Part shown: one piece after another, positions 35,741 to 36,062 of the stretch
Layout of the letters: every line of letters begins with the position of its first letter
Numbering within the stretch: the first letter of the stretch is position 1
Origin: Octopus sinensis
Lineage: Eukaryota
Assembly: GCF_006345805.1 (NCBI RefSeq)
Contig: NW_021824698.1
Coordinates: forward strand, 1-36,062
Reading direction: 5' to 3'
Length of the DNA stretch: 36,062 nt
Made by a program: the position numbers and the translations under genes
The notes under the pieces: generated by a model
Told to the model about the DNA's origin: nothing
The model's database searches: none
Seen by the model: only the letters and a program-made list of their open reading frames with translations

Positions 35741-36062
35741 ATACATATGTGTGTGTGTGTGTGTGTGTATGAATGCATGTATGTATACTGGCATGCAGAT
35801 ATACATACATATGTTTATGTGTAGACATGCTCTGAGCTCAACCGGTGTTATGGACCTTGAGTATTTGTCGGCCATCTGTCTTTGAAAAAGAAGACTGCCA
35901 CAGACCCTTAAATTTTGAGATGATAACCCGAATCCCAAGGCCCCGGAGGCTTCATGTGCTGTTGCAGGGGGCGGGAATCGTTTGCGCGTCGAGAAGTGCA
36001 CAGATACGCATGAGATTCCAGAGTGAAAAGGTCTGAGTTTGTAATCCAAATATATTCTTCTT

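Overview
Gene-free, extremely microsatellite-rich eukaryotic DNA. The SINE types, Helitrons and the (TATG)n/(TA)n load suggest an intergenic or intronic region of a coleoid cephalopod, probably Octopus; this is inferred from recognised repeat patterns, not a database search. No intact host protein-coding exon could be supported, and almost all long ORFs in the track are translated microsatellites. Recognisable content: decayed transposase/RT fragments (Chapaev-type, Tc1/mariner, CR1-like LINE, R4/Dong-like RT and restriction-like endonuclease, Helitron PIF1 helicase), a cluster of three Helitron copies, about ten tRNA-derived SINE copies, a hAT-like MITE and a 3.6 kb (TATG)n array. The most interesting signal is at RNA level: at least four type I hammerhead ribozyme motifs (1881+, 18364-, 23004-, 26955-) plus decayed candidates. 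Three sit in short foldback elements resembling Penelope-like pseudo-LTRs or retrozymes, embedded among (TA)n/(TG)n repeats. The fourth is fused behind a tRNA-derived Pol III head, giving a tRNA-SINE/hammerhead composite. All folds and translations were done by eye, so coordinates of degenerate elements are approximate.
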